From contig CAWITX010000002.1 in assembly GCA_963839235.1 (NCBI GenBank), positions 118,255-182,254 on the forward strand: a stretch of 64,000 nt of DNA, given 5' to 3'. Below the pieces are notes generated by a model that saw nothing but the letters and a program-made list of their open reading frames with translations, made no database searches and had not been told where the DNA came from. This document shows positions 10,425 through 19,522 of this stretch, piece by piece. The DNA is from an uncultured Flavobacteriaceae bacterium (lineage in GTDB: Bacteria; Bacteroidota; Bacteroidia; Flavobacteriales; Flavobacteriaceae). The position numbers and the translations under genes were made by a program. Position 1 is the first letter of the stretch; every line of letters begins with the position of its first letter.

Positions 10425-10901
10425 ATGATGAAGATTACCCTTTACGCCATTGGAAAAACAGACAACAAACAACTGCAGGTACTAATAGAGGAGTACCGCA
10501 AACGTCTTGGTTTTTACGTTTCATTTGAAATGGAAACGATTCCTGATGTGAAAAATGCGAAAAACCTTTCGGAAGCGCTTCAAAAACAGGCGGAAGGAGA
10601 TGAAATTTTAAAGCGAATTTCCACTGCAGATATACTTATTTTATTGGACGAAAAAGGTAAAAACCATTCTTCGGAAACTTTTGCCGATTTTCTTCAGAAA
10701 AAAATGAATAGTGGCTTGAAGAATCTGGTCTTTGTAATTGGAGGCCCATATGGTTTCAGTGAAGCAGTTTATGAAAGGGCGAACGGGAAGCTGTCGCTAT
10801 CCGCGATGACCTTTTCGCATCAAATGGTCAGATTGTTTTTTGTGGAACAGCTTTACAGGGCTTTTACCATTTTAAGAAATGAACCGTACCACCACAGGTA
10901 A
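10425..10901 (+). CDS. rlmH: 23S rRNA (pseudouridine1915-N3)-methyltransferase RlmH
   Basis: MKITLYAIGKT... N-terminus, with VFVIGGPYGFS and SLSAMTFSHQMVRL in the SPOUT C-terminus. The track ORF starts at a TTG at 10407, but an ATG at 10425 or 10428 fits the family N-terminus better. Confidence 0.9.
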   Translation: MMKITLYAIGKTDNKQLQVLIEEYRKRLGFYVSFEMETIPDVKNAKNLSEALQKQAEGDEILKRISTADILILLDEKGKNHSSETFADFLQKKMNSGLKNLVFVIGGPYGFSEAVYERANGKLSLSAMTFSHQMVRLFFVEQLYRAFTILRNEPYHHR

Positions 10902-10903
10902 AT

Positions 10904-11416
10904 TTACGATTTGCGCAAATCCTTGATGGCACGTCTTATTTTCTTTTTCAGATCGCGATCTTCCGTGTATATCACCACCCCATAGCGGCGGGTGTCAAAA
11001 TTGCGGTAAATATCCTTCTCCTCGTACTCTTTAAGTTCGATGGAACTTATATTTTCAGAATTAAAATCTGATATCAACTCCTCCAATTCAGGATTTTTTT
11101 TCAAATCCAAGATCAATCCCTTATTGTTGTCGTAGAGTAAACCAAAGCGGATAAAATCCTTTGGATTGCAGGAATTTTGATCTAAAACCTTATTATCGCC
11201 AATGGAAGCTGTTTGAAAATTTTCCGAAAAATAATAAGCATCAGCAATAATCTTACGAACTACAAAATCTATTTGGTCGCCGCGATTATCCAGCGTTTTG
11301 TATTCAGAAATCCAAGTTTTGTTTTCGCGCTGTAATTCACATTCGCCCAAAGTTGAATCTTGACCGAAACAAATTCCGAAGAAAAGAAAGGAAAGTAGAA
11401 GCGTAATTTTCTGCAT
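10904..11416 (-). CDS. hypothetical secreted protein
   Basis: 170-aa ORF with the signal peptide MQKITLLLSFLFFGICFG. No recognisable family. Confidence 0.55.
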   Translation of the reverse strand: MQKITLLLSFLFFGICFGQDSTLGECELQRENKTWISEYKTLDNRGDQIDFVVRKIIADAYYFSENFQTASIGDNKVLDQNSCNPKDFIRFGLLYDNNKGLILDLKKNPELEELISDFNSENISSIELKEYEEKDIYRNFDTRRYGVVIYTEDRDLKKKIRRAIKDLRKS

Positions 11417-11570
11417 TTTCTATTGGTTTTTGGTTAAGCCAATAGCACGCAAGTAGTAATTTATTTTGGGTTGAAATAAATTTAAAGAGTAGATTTTAGG
11501 GTAGTACTAAGATACACAAAAAAGTTTGAAATCAATTCATTGGAAGAAAATGGAGAAACCCCCATTCACC

Positions 11571-12932
11571 TTAAAACCGCATAAACCACCGCATCAACTT
11601 AAAACGGAACGAAGTATGTGGATAGTAGCGAATGGACGGGTCCAGCCAGGTTGGCTTATCCATCACGCTTTTGTAATGCGTAAAAGCTTTGAAACCCGCC
11701 TCGCCGTGGTAACTGCCCATTCCGCTGTGGCCCACCCCGCCGAAGGGAAGATTGGAATTGCTTATGTGCATCACCGTTTCGTTAATTGCACCGCCGCCAA
11801 AGGAGACTTCGCGTAAAACTTTCTTTTTTACTGAATTGCTTTTTGTGAAAACATAACAGGAAAGCGGCTTTGGCAAGCTATTTACCTTTTTTATTGCGTC
11901 TTCAATTGTTTCATAGGAAATTACCGGAAGTATCGGGCCAAAAATTTCTTCCTGCATCACGGCGTCATCCATCGCTACATTTTGCATAATTGTGGGCTGA
12001 ATGTAGCGTGATTGCATATTTGTTTCTCCCCCAAAATATACTCTTTCGGGAATTATCATTTTTTTCAGCCGTTCAAAATTATCGTAATTAATTATCTGCA
12101 CATAATTGTCATTTTCAAAAGCGAAATGTTGACTTATAATTTCATCTTTTAATTGCTGAAGAAGCCGTTGCTCAATACTTTTATGCACCAAAATATAATC
12201 CGGTGCAATGCAGGTTTGGCCAGCATTTAAGAATTTTCCCCAAACAATCCGCTTTACCGAAACTTTTAAACTGCAATCCTCGTGGACAATAGCGGGGCTT
12301 TTTCCGCCCAATTCCAATGTCACCGGAGTAAGATTTTCGGCAGCGGCTTTATAAACTATCTTTCCAACTTTTGTACTTCCGGTGAAGAAAATCTTATCGA
12401 ATTTTTGCCTCAGCAATTCCTGCGTTTCTTCTACTCCGCCTTCTATCACCGTGAAATATTCTGGCGAAAAATTTTCTTTTACAATTTTTGCCATTACGGA
12501 AGCAGTGTTTGACGGAAGCTCGCTGGGTTTCAAAACAATCGTATTACCCGCGGCCATCGCGGCAATCACGGGTGCGAGTGAAAGTTGATAGGGATAATTC
12601 CAAGCTCCAATAACCAAACACACGCCCAATGGCTCCGGAATAATGTAGCTGGAAGCCGGAAAATTGAGAATTCCCGTAGAAACCTTTTCCCTTCTCGCCC
12701 AGTTGTAAATCATTCGGCGAGCTTCCTTTATATCATTATAAAGCAGGGAAAGTTCAGTGGTGTAATTATCGAATTCAGATTTTTTGAAGTCTTTGTAAAT
12801 GGCTTCGTGAAGTAGTTGCTCATTTTTCTTTATAGCATTACGAAGAATTTTCAATTGTTTTCTCCGGAATTGGATGTCCCTTGTACTATGCGTTTTGAAG
12901 AAATTTCGCTGGCTGTCGATGATTTGTTGCAT
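11571..12932 (-). CDS. NAD(P)-dependent aldehyde dehydrogenase (class 3-like)
   Basis: 453 aa with the catalytic region ELGGKSP and FLNAGQTCIAPDY (catalytic Cys), plus the FTGSTKVGK cofactor motif. Confidence 0.9.
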   Translation of the reverse strand: MQQIIDSQRNFFKTHSTRDIQFRRKQLKILRNAIKKNEQLLHEAIYKDFKKSEFDNYTTELSLLYNDIKEARRMIYNWARREKVSTGILNFPASSYIIPEPLGVCLVIGAWNYPYQLSLAPVIAAMAAGNTIVLKPSELPSNTASVMAKIVKENFSPEYFTVIEGGVEETQELLRQKFDKIFFTGSTKVGKIVYKAAAENLTPVTLELGGKSPAIVHEDCSLKVSVKRIVWGKFLNAGQTCIAPDYILVHKSIEQRLLQQLKDEIISQHFAFENDNYVQIINYDNFERLKKMIIPERVYFGGETNMQSRYIQPTIMQNVAMDDAVMQEEIFGPILPVISYETIEDAIKKVNSLPKPLSCYVFTKSNSVKKKVLREVSFGGGAINETVMHISNSNLPFGGVGHSGMGSYHGEAGFKAFTHYKSVMDKPTWLDPSIRYYPHTSFRFKLMRWFMRF

Positions 12933-12960
12933 AGTTTGGTGATTTTGTTTCTAAGGTGAA

Positions 12961-12990
12961 CATCCCCCCTGCCCCCCTTAAAAGGGGGAA
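12961..12990. repeat. C5/G5 hairpin repeat (REP-like), copy 1
   Basis: The sequence catcccccctgccccccttaaaaggggg has an inverted near-copy at 18103..18132. It is followed by two further palindromes, attgtaattacaat and aatagctatcgatt. Confidence 0.6.
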
Positions 12991-13045
12991 TTAATTGTAA
13001 TTACAATCATGCCAATAGCTATCGATTTTGCTTTCGATTTAGGAA

Positions 13046-13810
13046 TCATTTATCCCTATTTAAAACCTTGTACTCCTCATAGCAGGCGCTCATGGCATCG
13101 AGAATCTGCAGATCGTTGGCGGTGCGGATAAAATCTTTGGAATAGCTGCATTTGTTGAGAATTTCGTCAATATCTACCCGTTCCAGTTGAAGAACTGCCA
13201 TCAAAGTTTCACGGTTATATTTAGATTGGAGTAGATTCCTGATTTCATCGTCTTCCTTCATCTGCCGCAGTTTCCGCATCTGCCGCGGCCTTTTCCCAAA
13301 GACGTTATAAAGAAAATCAGCAGGATTGAAAATAGAACTCAAAACTTTGCTAACCGCCCCGGGCTGCACATTTCCGCCCTCGTAGCCTGAGCCGAGACCG
13401 GAAATTCGGTAGCGATAATTATCATATATAGGAATCAGCTTTGCGTCAATTTCTACGTATCCGGTTAGTTCCACCGGTTTTACTACCACTTCTTCCAAGG
13501 CAATTCCCAACTCGGTCATTTTCACTTTTATATCGCCAAATTTCAACCAATCATTCGTAACCCGCACCCGTAGCGATTTAAAGCCTAAGTAGGAAAAATA
13601 AAGTGTATCGTTCACGGCCGCTTTTAGGGAGAATTCGCCCTTTTCATTCGTGGTGGTCCCTATAACCTGATTTAGGTTTACGATGTTCACATTTTCCAAG
13701 ACCTTGTCGTCAGCATCATTTTGAACGATTCCCTTAACCATAAATGTTTCCTGGGAAAAAGCATTGGACACAACCAATAAAAAGGCAAAAATTAGAAGTA
13801 TTTTTTTCAT
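13046..13810 (-). CDS. carboxypeptidase-regulatory-like domain protein (secreted)
   Basis: Signal peptide followed by VKGIVQNDADDKVLENVNIV...TTTNEKGEFSL...DTLYFSYLGFKS, typical of the CarbopepD_reg_2 fold. Confidence 0.7.
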   Translation of the reverse strand: MKKILLIFAFLLVVSNAFSQETFMVKGIVQNDADDKVLENVNIVNLNQVIGTTTNEKGEFSLKAAVNDTLYFSYLGFKSLRVRVTNDWLKFGDIKVKMTELGIALEEVVVKPVELTGYVEIDAKLIPIYDNYRYRISGLGSGYEGGNVQPGAVSKVLSSIFNPADFLYNVFGKRPRQMRKLRQMKEDDEIRNLLQSKYNRETLMAVLQLERVDIDEILNKCSYSKDFIRTANDLQILDAMSACYEEYKVLNRDK

Positions 13811-13836
13811 TTCAATTTTTCAATATAAAGAAAAAA

Positions 13837-14463
13837 TTAGATGGCTAAAAATTTTCTTTCATTTTCAATTTTTGAACGTAAATCTTCCTTTACGTTATTG
13901 AACCACTCATTTTTCAAAATGCTTAAAACAATGCTGTCGCGCCTACCATTGGGAGCGCTACAATTACTGCGCAAGATACCCTCCACGGTACAGCCGATAC
14001 TTTTCATGGCAGCTATACTTCTGGCATTGTTGGCATCTGCACGAAACTCTACACGGTCCAAATGTAGGGTTTCGAAAGCAAATTCAAGTAACAACATTTT
14101 GCACTGTTTGTTGATTCCCGTTCCCTGAAATTCCTTGCCATACCAAGTATATCCCAATTGAACAGAATTATGATTTTTCTGAAAATCATAAAACCTAGTG
14201 GAACCGGCAATTTTATTTGAAAGTTTGTCGAAAACAATAAAAGGATAGGCAGATTCTTCCTTTCTTCCACTCAAAGCGTATTCAATATAAGTTTTTAGGT
14301 TTTCTGCACCATTCGCCGGTTGCAACGAATATTTCCAAAGTTCCGGTTGGTTTTCTGAAAAAGGAAGAAGTTTTTCAATATCAGAATAATGTAATGGAAC
14401 TAACTTAACGCGTTCGTTTTCAAGAAAATATTCATTAAGAAAATTAAAAGTTTCCATAACCAA
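13837..14463 (-). CDS. GNAT family N-acetyltransferase (RimJ/RimL-like)
   Basis: 208 aa. The LGYTWYGKEFQGTGINKQCKMLLLEFAFE acetyl-CoA binding region is typical of the Acetyltransf_3 subfamily. Confidence 0.8.
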   Translation of the reverse strand: MVMETFNFLNEYFLENERVKLVPLHYSDIEKLLPFSENQPELWKYSLQPANGAENLKTYIEYALSGRKEESAYPFIVFDKLSNKIAGSTRFYDFQKNHNSVQLGYTWYGKEFQGTGINKQCKMLLLEFAFETLHLDRVEFRADANNARSIAAMKSIGCTVEGILRSNCSAPNGRRDSIVLSILKNEWFNNVKEDLRSKIENERKFLAI

Positions 14464-14493
14464 ACAAAAACGGGCCTCGAATTAGAAGGCCCG
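14462..14493 (-). terminator. rho-independent terminator after the DEAD-box helicase gene
   Basis: 7-bp stem cgggcct / aggcccg, followed on the minus strand by TTTTTGTTTG. Confidence 0.65.
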
Positions 14494-14627
14494 TAAATAT
14501 AAGTATATAGACGTTAAACTGATATTAAAGTTTAATCTTTTGAAAGGTAAATGCAGGGTGCTGGATGACTGATGGCGGATGTAAAAATTTTGAAGTACAC
14601 TTTTAAACTCCCCAACTCATTAACTCT

Positions 14628-16460
14628 TTAATCTTTCCTTCTTCGTCTTCCGCCAGTACCTTTTGAATCTGGACGGGGTGCGCTCCTTCTTTTTCCTTTA
14701 AAGTTCGATTTATCACTACCACCGTCAGAACCGCCGCTGCGTTTTTTAAAACTGCCTTTACGTTCGCCGCGATCTCCACTTCTTCCGCCTCTATCGCTTC
14801 GGTCGTTCCGGTCGCCTCTTCTTTTCCCCCGGTCGCGTCCGCCGCTACCGCTTCTGCCCTTACGGCCGCTGTCTTTTGAAATTTCAATATTTATCTGTCT
14901 TCCATCGAGTTTGAAATCCTTAAAGATTCCCATCACCAGTTCCTGGTGTGTGGTATCTGTGTTGAAGAAAGAAAAACTGTCCTTTACGTCAACTTTGTAA
15001 ACATCGTCTTTCCCAAGTTGAAGCAAATCGCGAAGGAAATCCTTCAAGCTCATCCAATCAAAATCGTCTTTGTTTCCGATGTTTATGAAATAGCGTGTGC
15101 TGTCTTTTGAATCTTCCTCGGAAAAATTGCGTTCGCCGCCAATATTAAGATCTTTGCTATTTTTGTAATAATTCAAAAAGCGGGTAAATTCTACAGAAAA
15201 CACTTTTTTGATCAATTCCTCTTTTGAAAAATCTGCCAATACTTCATTGATATTCGGAAGATAGGGATCAATCTCGTGGTTTATTTTTGTGTCCTTGATG
15301 CTGTTCGCCAAATGGAACATCTGCACCTCGCAGATTTCCATTCCTGAAGGAATGTCCTTTGCAACAAACTGCTTTTGGATAATTTTTTCAATGCTCTTTA
15401 TTTTCCGAACCTCACTTTTTGAAACAATAACTATAGAAACACCTGTTTTTCCGGCACGACCTGTACGGCCGCTTCGGTGAGTGTAAGTTTCAATTTCATC
15501 CGGCAATTGGTAGTTTATTACGTGGGTAATATCGTCAACATCAATTCCACGGGCGGCAACGTCTGTTGCTACCAGCATTTGAATTTGGCGGTTTCGGAAG
15601 GATTTCATCACCAAATCTCGTTGGTTTTGGCTCAAATCGCCGTGAATTGCAGCTGCATTATAACCGTCCTCAATAAGTTGTTCGGCCACCTTTTGGGTAT
15701 CGCGTTTTGTACGACAGAAAACAACCGAGAAAATATCGGGGTTTGCATCTGCCAAACGTTTTAAGGCGTTGTAACGGTCGCGAGCGTTCACCAAATAATA
15801 TTCGTGCGAAACTTGGTCTGACCCTACGTTTTTGGTGCCCACGGTAATTTCCACGGGCGTGTGCATAAATTTCTTTGCAATTGAAGAAACCTCCTTTGGC
15901 ATCGTTGCGCTGAAAAGCCAAGTGCTCTTTTCCTTCGGGGAATGCGAAAGGATTTCAGTAATATCCTCATAGAAGCCCATATTGAGCATTTCATCCGCCT
16001 CATCGAGCACGCAATATTCTATTTTTGAAATATCCACTAACCCACGTCCAATCATATCCTTCATCCGGCCGGGCGTCGCAACTACAATTTGGGCACCTTT
16101 TTTAATTTGGCGTGCTTGGTCGGTAATGCTGGCGCCACCGTAAATTGCTGTAACGTTTAGCCCGGGCATATATTTACCATAGGCTACCATTTCATTTGTA
16201 ATCTGAAGGCAAAGTTCGCGCGTAGGCGAAAGGATTAATCCTTGTGTGGTACGACTTTTTACGTCAATTTTTTGCAACATCGGGAAACCGAAAGCTGCTG
16301 TTTTTCCGGTTCCGGTCTGTGCGAGGGAAACCATATCGGTTTCGCGCTCCAAAAGGATTGGAATTGTTTTTTGTTGTACTTCCGAAGGGGTTTCAAACCC
16401 CATATCGGCAATGGCTTTTAGAAGATTTTCTTCCAAGCCCAGTGCTTTGAATGCTGTCAT
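14628..16460 (-). CDS. deaD: DEAD-box ATP-dependent RNA helicase (DeaD/CsdA-like) with a DbpA-type RNA-binding domain and an RG-rich tail
   Basis: Q-motif, AQTGTGKT, DEAD, SAT and HRSGRTGRAG motifs. The C-terminus is an Arg/Gly/Ser/Asp-rich tail. Confidence 0.9.
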   Translation of the reverse strand: MTAFKALGLEENLLKAIADMGFETPSEVQQKTIPILLERETDMVSLAQTGTGKTAAFGFPMLQKIDVKSRTTQGLILSPTRELCLQITNEMVAYGKYMPGLNVTAIYGGASITDQARQIKKGAQIVVATPGRMKDMIGRGLVDISKIEYCVLDEADEMLNMGFYEDITEILSHSPKEKSTWLFSATMPKEVSSIAKKFMHTPVEITVGTKNVGSDQVSHEYYLVNARDRYNALKRLADANPDIFSVVFCRTKRDTQKVAEQLIEDGYNAAAIHGDLSQNQRDLVMKSFRNRQIQMLVATDVAARGIDVDDITHVINYQLPDEIETYTHRSGRTGRAGKTGVSIVIVSKSEVRKIKSIEKIIQKQFVAKDIPSGMEICEVQMFHLANSIKDTKINHEIDPYLPNINEVLADFSKEELIKKVFSVEFTRFLNYYKNSKDLNIGGERNFSEEDSKDSTRYFINIGNKDDFDWMSLKDFLRDLLQLGKDDVYKVDVKDSFSFFNTDTTHQELVMGIFKDFKLDGRQINIEISKDSGRKGRSGSGGRDRGKRRGDRNDRSDRGGRSGDRGERKGSFKKRSGGSDGGSDKSNFKGKRRSAPRPDSKGTGGRRRRKD

Positions 16461-16695
16461 TTGTAGTTATAAAATTTTATTTGTGTGTTTAGCAGGAAGC
16501 ACATTTACACAAATAAAACGTACAGCTTCACTTAAACACTACCCCACCCTGGGGATTTTTCAAGCGGCAAAAGTAGTGTTTTATTTATGATTTATGAGAT
16601 ACGAATGTAGATTTATTTTTTGACGGGTGTTCGAGGACTTGTGACCGATGTTAATATAAATCGTACATCGTCAAGCTAAAATCGAAAATCGAAAA

Positions 16696-17268
16696 TCATT
16701 TAGATAAATATTCAATTAACTGTCGCATGGCCTTCCCTCTGTGGCCAATTTTGCTTTTTTGGGTTAAAGTCATTTCCGCAAAGGTTTTATCGAAGCCTTT
16801 TGGTTGGAATATGGGGTCGTAACCGAAACCTGATTCGCCGCGAAGTTCTTTTATTATTTCACCTTCGCAGATGCCTAAAAACATAACCTCGCTATTGTTC
16901 AAGGAAAGGGCAATCGCGGTCTTAAAACGTGCACCTCGATCTTCTTTGCCTTCAAGCTTTTTTAATAGTTTTTGAATATTCGCTTTTGAATCGTGCGAAA
17001 CTCCAGCATATCTTGCGCTATAAACGCCGGGCTCGTTGTTTAGCGATTTTACTTCCAAACCGGTATCGTCCGCAAAGCAATTCAATTTAAAATGGTCGCG
17101 CACATAATTCGCTTTTAAAATTGCGTTGCCTTCAATAGTACCGGCAGTTTCCGCAATATCTTCATTACAACCTATATCATCCAAACTCAATAGTTCCAGA
17201 TGTTTCGGAAGCATTGCCTTTACTTCTATGAACTTGTTTTTATTGTGGGTGGCGAAGACGAGTTTCAT
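16696..17268 (-). CDS. rdgB: non-canonical purine NTP pyrophosphatase (RdgB/HAM1 family)
   Basis: MKLVFATHNKNK N-terminus with the FGYDPIF and SHRGKA motifs. Confidence 0.9.
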   Translation of the reverse strand: MKLVFATHNKNKFIEVKAMLPKHLELLSLDDIGCNEDIAETAGTIEGNAILKANYVRDHFKLNCFADDTGLEVKSLNNEPGVYSARYAGVSHDSKANIQKLLKKLEGKEDRGARFKTAIALSLNNSEVMFLGICEGEIIKELRGESGFGYDPIFQPKGFDKTFAEMTLTQKSKIGHRGKAMRQLIEYLSK

Positions 17269-17271
17269 TTT

Positions 17272-17320
17272 GATTTACGATTTACGATTTACGATTTTTG
17301 AATTTTGAATTTTGATCTTT
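17272..17320. repeat. tandem heptamer array (gatttac x3, gattttt, gaatttt x2)
   Basis: Seven consecutive 7-nt units fill the gap between the rdgB start and the trmH-like stop. A related array (aaaatcg)n lies in opposite orientation at 16679..16698, next to the rdgB stop. Confidence 0.8.
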
Positions 17321-17338
17321 TTTATTTGGTTCCGTTAG

Positions 17339-18013
17339 CTATCGGAATGGGTTTTGTTTAGAATTTTCTGAGTTATAACGCTGAATAATTTCATCAGACG
17401 CCTTAATGGTTTTCTTCAACCACTGCATTTCAATCTCAAACTTTTCCTCCTCGGAAAGTTGCCAATTTACGTTGCTCTGCTTCATTTTTGAAACAACACT
17501 CTGCAAAATAATCGCCGCGGATACCGAGATATTCAGACTCTCCGTAAAGCCGTACATCGGGATTTTCAAAAACCCATCGGCGGCTTCCATTACGGTATCG
17601 CTCAACCCGTCGCTTTCCTTTCCGAAGAAAAAAGCACTTTTTTTGGAAACATCAAATTCGTGAAGCATTGTGGAATTATCGTGCGGCGTGGTGGCAATAA
17701 TTTGATAATCAGAATTTTTCAGACTTTTAATGCATTCCTTTATTGAATTATGACGCTTAAAATCGACCCACTTTTGTGCGCCCATCGCAATTTCCTTATC
17801 AATTCGTTTGCTCACTTTTTCCTCCACCACATACAAATCCTGAATTCCGAAAACATCGCAGGTTCGCATTACGGCACTGGTGTTATGAAGCTGATAAACA
17901 TCTTCTGTGACTACCGTGAAATGGCGTGTGCGTTCCGACAGAACTTTTTGGAAACGCTGGTTTCGCTGTTCGGTGAGATAGGTTCGGAGGTATTTCAGCA
18001 GTTCTTTATTCAA
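17339..18013 (-). CDS. TrmH/SpoU family RNA 2'-O-methyltransferase
   Basis: SPOUT motifs NTSAVMRTCDVFG, FFFGKESDGLS and IPMYGFTESLNISVSAAI. TTG start. Confidence 0.85.
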   Translation of the reverse strand: MNKELLKYLRTYLTEQRNQRFQKVLSERTRHFTVVTEDVYQLHNTSAVMRTCDVFGIQDLYVVEEKVSKRIDKEIAMGAQKWVDFKRHNSIKECIKSLKNSDYQIIATTPHDNSTMLHEFDVSKKSAFFFGKESDGLSDTVMEAADGFLKIPMYGFTESLNISVSAAIILQSVVSKMKQSNVNWQLSEEEKFEIEMQWLKKTIKASDEIIQRYNSENSKQNPFR

Positions 18014-18102
18014 GCTATTGGGCTATTGAGTTATTGAGTTATTTGCGCTAAGATAAAAGTTATGGGTCAAAAAGTATTCAATTCATTAAATTTAACCATA
18101 TA

Positions 18103-18132
18103 CCTCCCCCTACGAAGGGGGCTAGGGGGATG
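18103..18132. repeat. C5/G5 hairpin repeat (REP-like), copy 2, inverted
   Basis: The reverse complement of cctccccctacgaagggggctagggggatg aligns with the 12961..12990 element. Confidence 0.6.
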
Positions 18133-18200
18133 TCTTTGATTAAATCGTTTCTTTTAAAAAACCCCAATTTTAAATAACTTAGTGACCAAATAACTTAAAA

Positions 18201-18872
18201 ATGAGAATTGCAGTATTAACTGGCGCCGGCGTGAGCGCGGAAAGTGGATTGAAAACCTTTCGCGACAGCGATGGGCTATGGGAAGGTCACGACGTGATGG
18301 CAGTGGCCTCGCCCGAAGGTTTTGCGCGCAATCCCGAAGTTGTGATGGATTTTTACAATCAAAGAAGGCGACAACTTTTAACCGTTCACCCCAATGCCGC
18401 CCACCATGCATTGGCCGAACTCGAGAAAAACCACGATGTTACAATCATAACCCAAAATGTGGATGATTTGCACGAAAGAGCGGGGAGCAATAATGTAATC
18501 CATCTTCACGGTGAACTTTTGAAAGCGCGCAGCACGGTTGACGAAAATTTAATTTTGGATTGGAAAAAGGATTTGAATATAGGCGATTGCTGTGAAAAAA
18601 ACCATCAACTTCGGCCGCATGTTGTCTGGTTCGGCGAAATGGTGCCGATGATTGAAATTGCCGCAGAGGTCGTTGAAAACGCCGATGCGATAATTATTGT
18701 GGGAACTTCTATGCAAGTTTATCCCGCGGCGGGATTAGTGCAATATGCAAAGCCCGTAACACATATTTATTTTGTAGATCCGAAGCCTTCCATTTCGGAA
18801 AACGAACGAATTTCGGTTTTTGCGGAGAATGCTTCTACTGGAGTTCCAAAGGTTGTGGAACTTTTAAAATAA
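18201..18872 (+). CDS. cobB: NAD-dependent protein deacylase, Sir2 family (CobB-like)
   Basis: GAGVSAESG, ITQNVDDLHERAG and HLHGEL motifs. Short 223-aa single-domain sirtuin. Confidence 0.85.
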   Translation: MRIAVLTGAGVSAESGLKTFRDSDGLWEGHDVMAVASPEGFARNPEVVMDFYNQRRRQLLTVHPNAAHHALAELEKNHDVTIITQNVDDLHERAGSNNVIHLHGELLKARSTVDENLILDWKKDLNIGDCCEKNHQLRPHVVWFGEMVPMIEIAAEVVENADAIIIVGTSMQVYPAAGLVQYAKPVTHIYFVDPKPSISENERISVFAENASTGVPKVVELLK

Positions 18873-18878
18873 TGAATT

Positions 18879-19445
18879 ATGCTTCCCGAAGATTTAAAAG
18901 AAAAATTGCTGGAGGTTGATAGCAGTAAAAAAAGCAGACAGCAAATTGCTCTCTGGATTACCAAAAAACCTCACTACGTTCGTGAAACTCTGCAGTGGTG
19001 TTTCAATCCAAAAAGTGATTTATTAGTAAAGGCTACATGGGTTTTGGAGATAATCTGCGAACAAAAACCTGAATTATTTTTTAAATATATGCATTTGTTT
19101 TTTGAACAGCTTCCTAATATTGAAGATGATTCGGCGCTTCGTTCCTGCGCCAAAATATGTGGGATGCTTTGCCATTATCATTATATGCATGAGTTGGGTA
19201 TATTTTCAGAAGTTTTAAATAAAAAAGAAAGAAAATGTATTACGGAATGTTGTTTTGATTGGCTAATCACTGATAAAAAAGTTGCTTGTCAGGCTCCCGC
19301 AATGGAAGCGCTTTATTATTTGGGAAGCGATAAAAAAAATGATTGGATTTACCCGGCATTGCGAAACATTCTCACTGAAAAAGCACCACAGAAAAGTGCT
19401 GGCTACCAAGCGCGCGCACGGAAAATTTTGAAATGGATATCATAA
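18879..19445 (+). CDS. hypothetical helical-repeat (HEAT/ARM-like) protein
   Basis: 188-aa ORF 6 nt downstream of cobB. It is predicted all-alpha and loosely resembles DNA-alkylation-repair-like HEAT proteins. Family not established. Confidence 0.55.
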   Translation: MLPEDLKEKLLEVDSSKKSRQQIALWITKKPHYVRETLQWCFNPKSDLLVKATWVLEIICEQKPELFFKYMHLFFEQLPNIEDDSALRSCAKICGMLCHYHYMHELGIFSEVLNKKERKCITECCFDWLITDKKVACQAPAMEALYYLGSDKKNDWIYPALRNILTEKAPQKSAGYQARARKILKWIS

Positions 19446-19522
19446 TAAATAGTTGTTGTTGGCGAAGAGAACAAACCTACAAGACCAGTTTTCAGCAGTT
19501 AGGATAAATGATCCTGATTTTT

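Noticed and set aside
11526-11816. A 96-aa plus-strand ORF overlapping the 3' end of the aldehyde dehydrogenase gene.
   Set aside because: It is antisense to a well-supported 453-aa CDS and has no independent signals.
14603-14887. A 94-aa alternative-frame ORF over the helicase C-terminus. I considered it as a possible sign of a frameshift in deaD.
   Set aside because: The main frame continues uninterrupted through an Arg/Gly/Ser-rich tail, which is a common feature of DeaD/CsdA helicases. The Ala/Glu-rich alternative frame is a by-product of the repetitive GC-rich codons.
18201-19445. A Sir2-domain gene followed 6 nt later by a helical-repeat protein. I considered a Sir2-based anti-phage system (Thoeris/DSR-like).
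   Set aside because: The Sir2 protein is a short 223-aa single-domain CobB-type deacylase with standard sirtuin motifs and no effector or sensor fusion. It sits among housekeeping genes, and no TIR, SLOG or other partner typical of defence systems is present.
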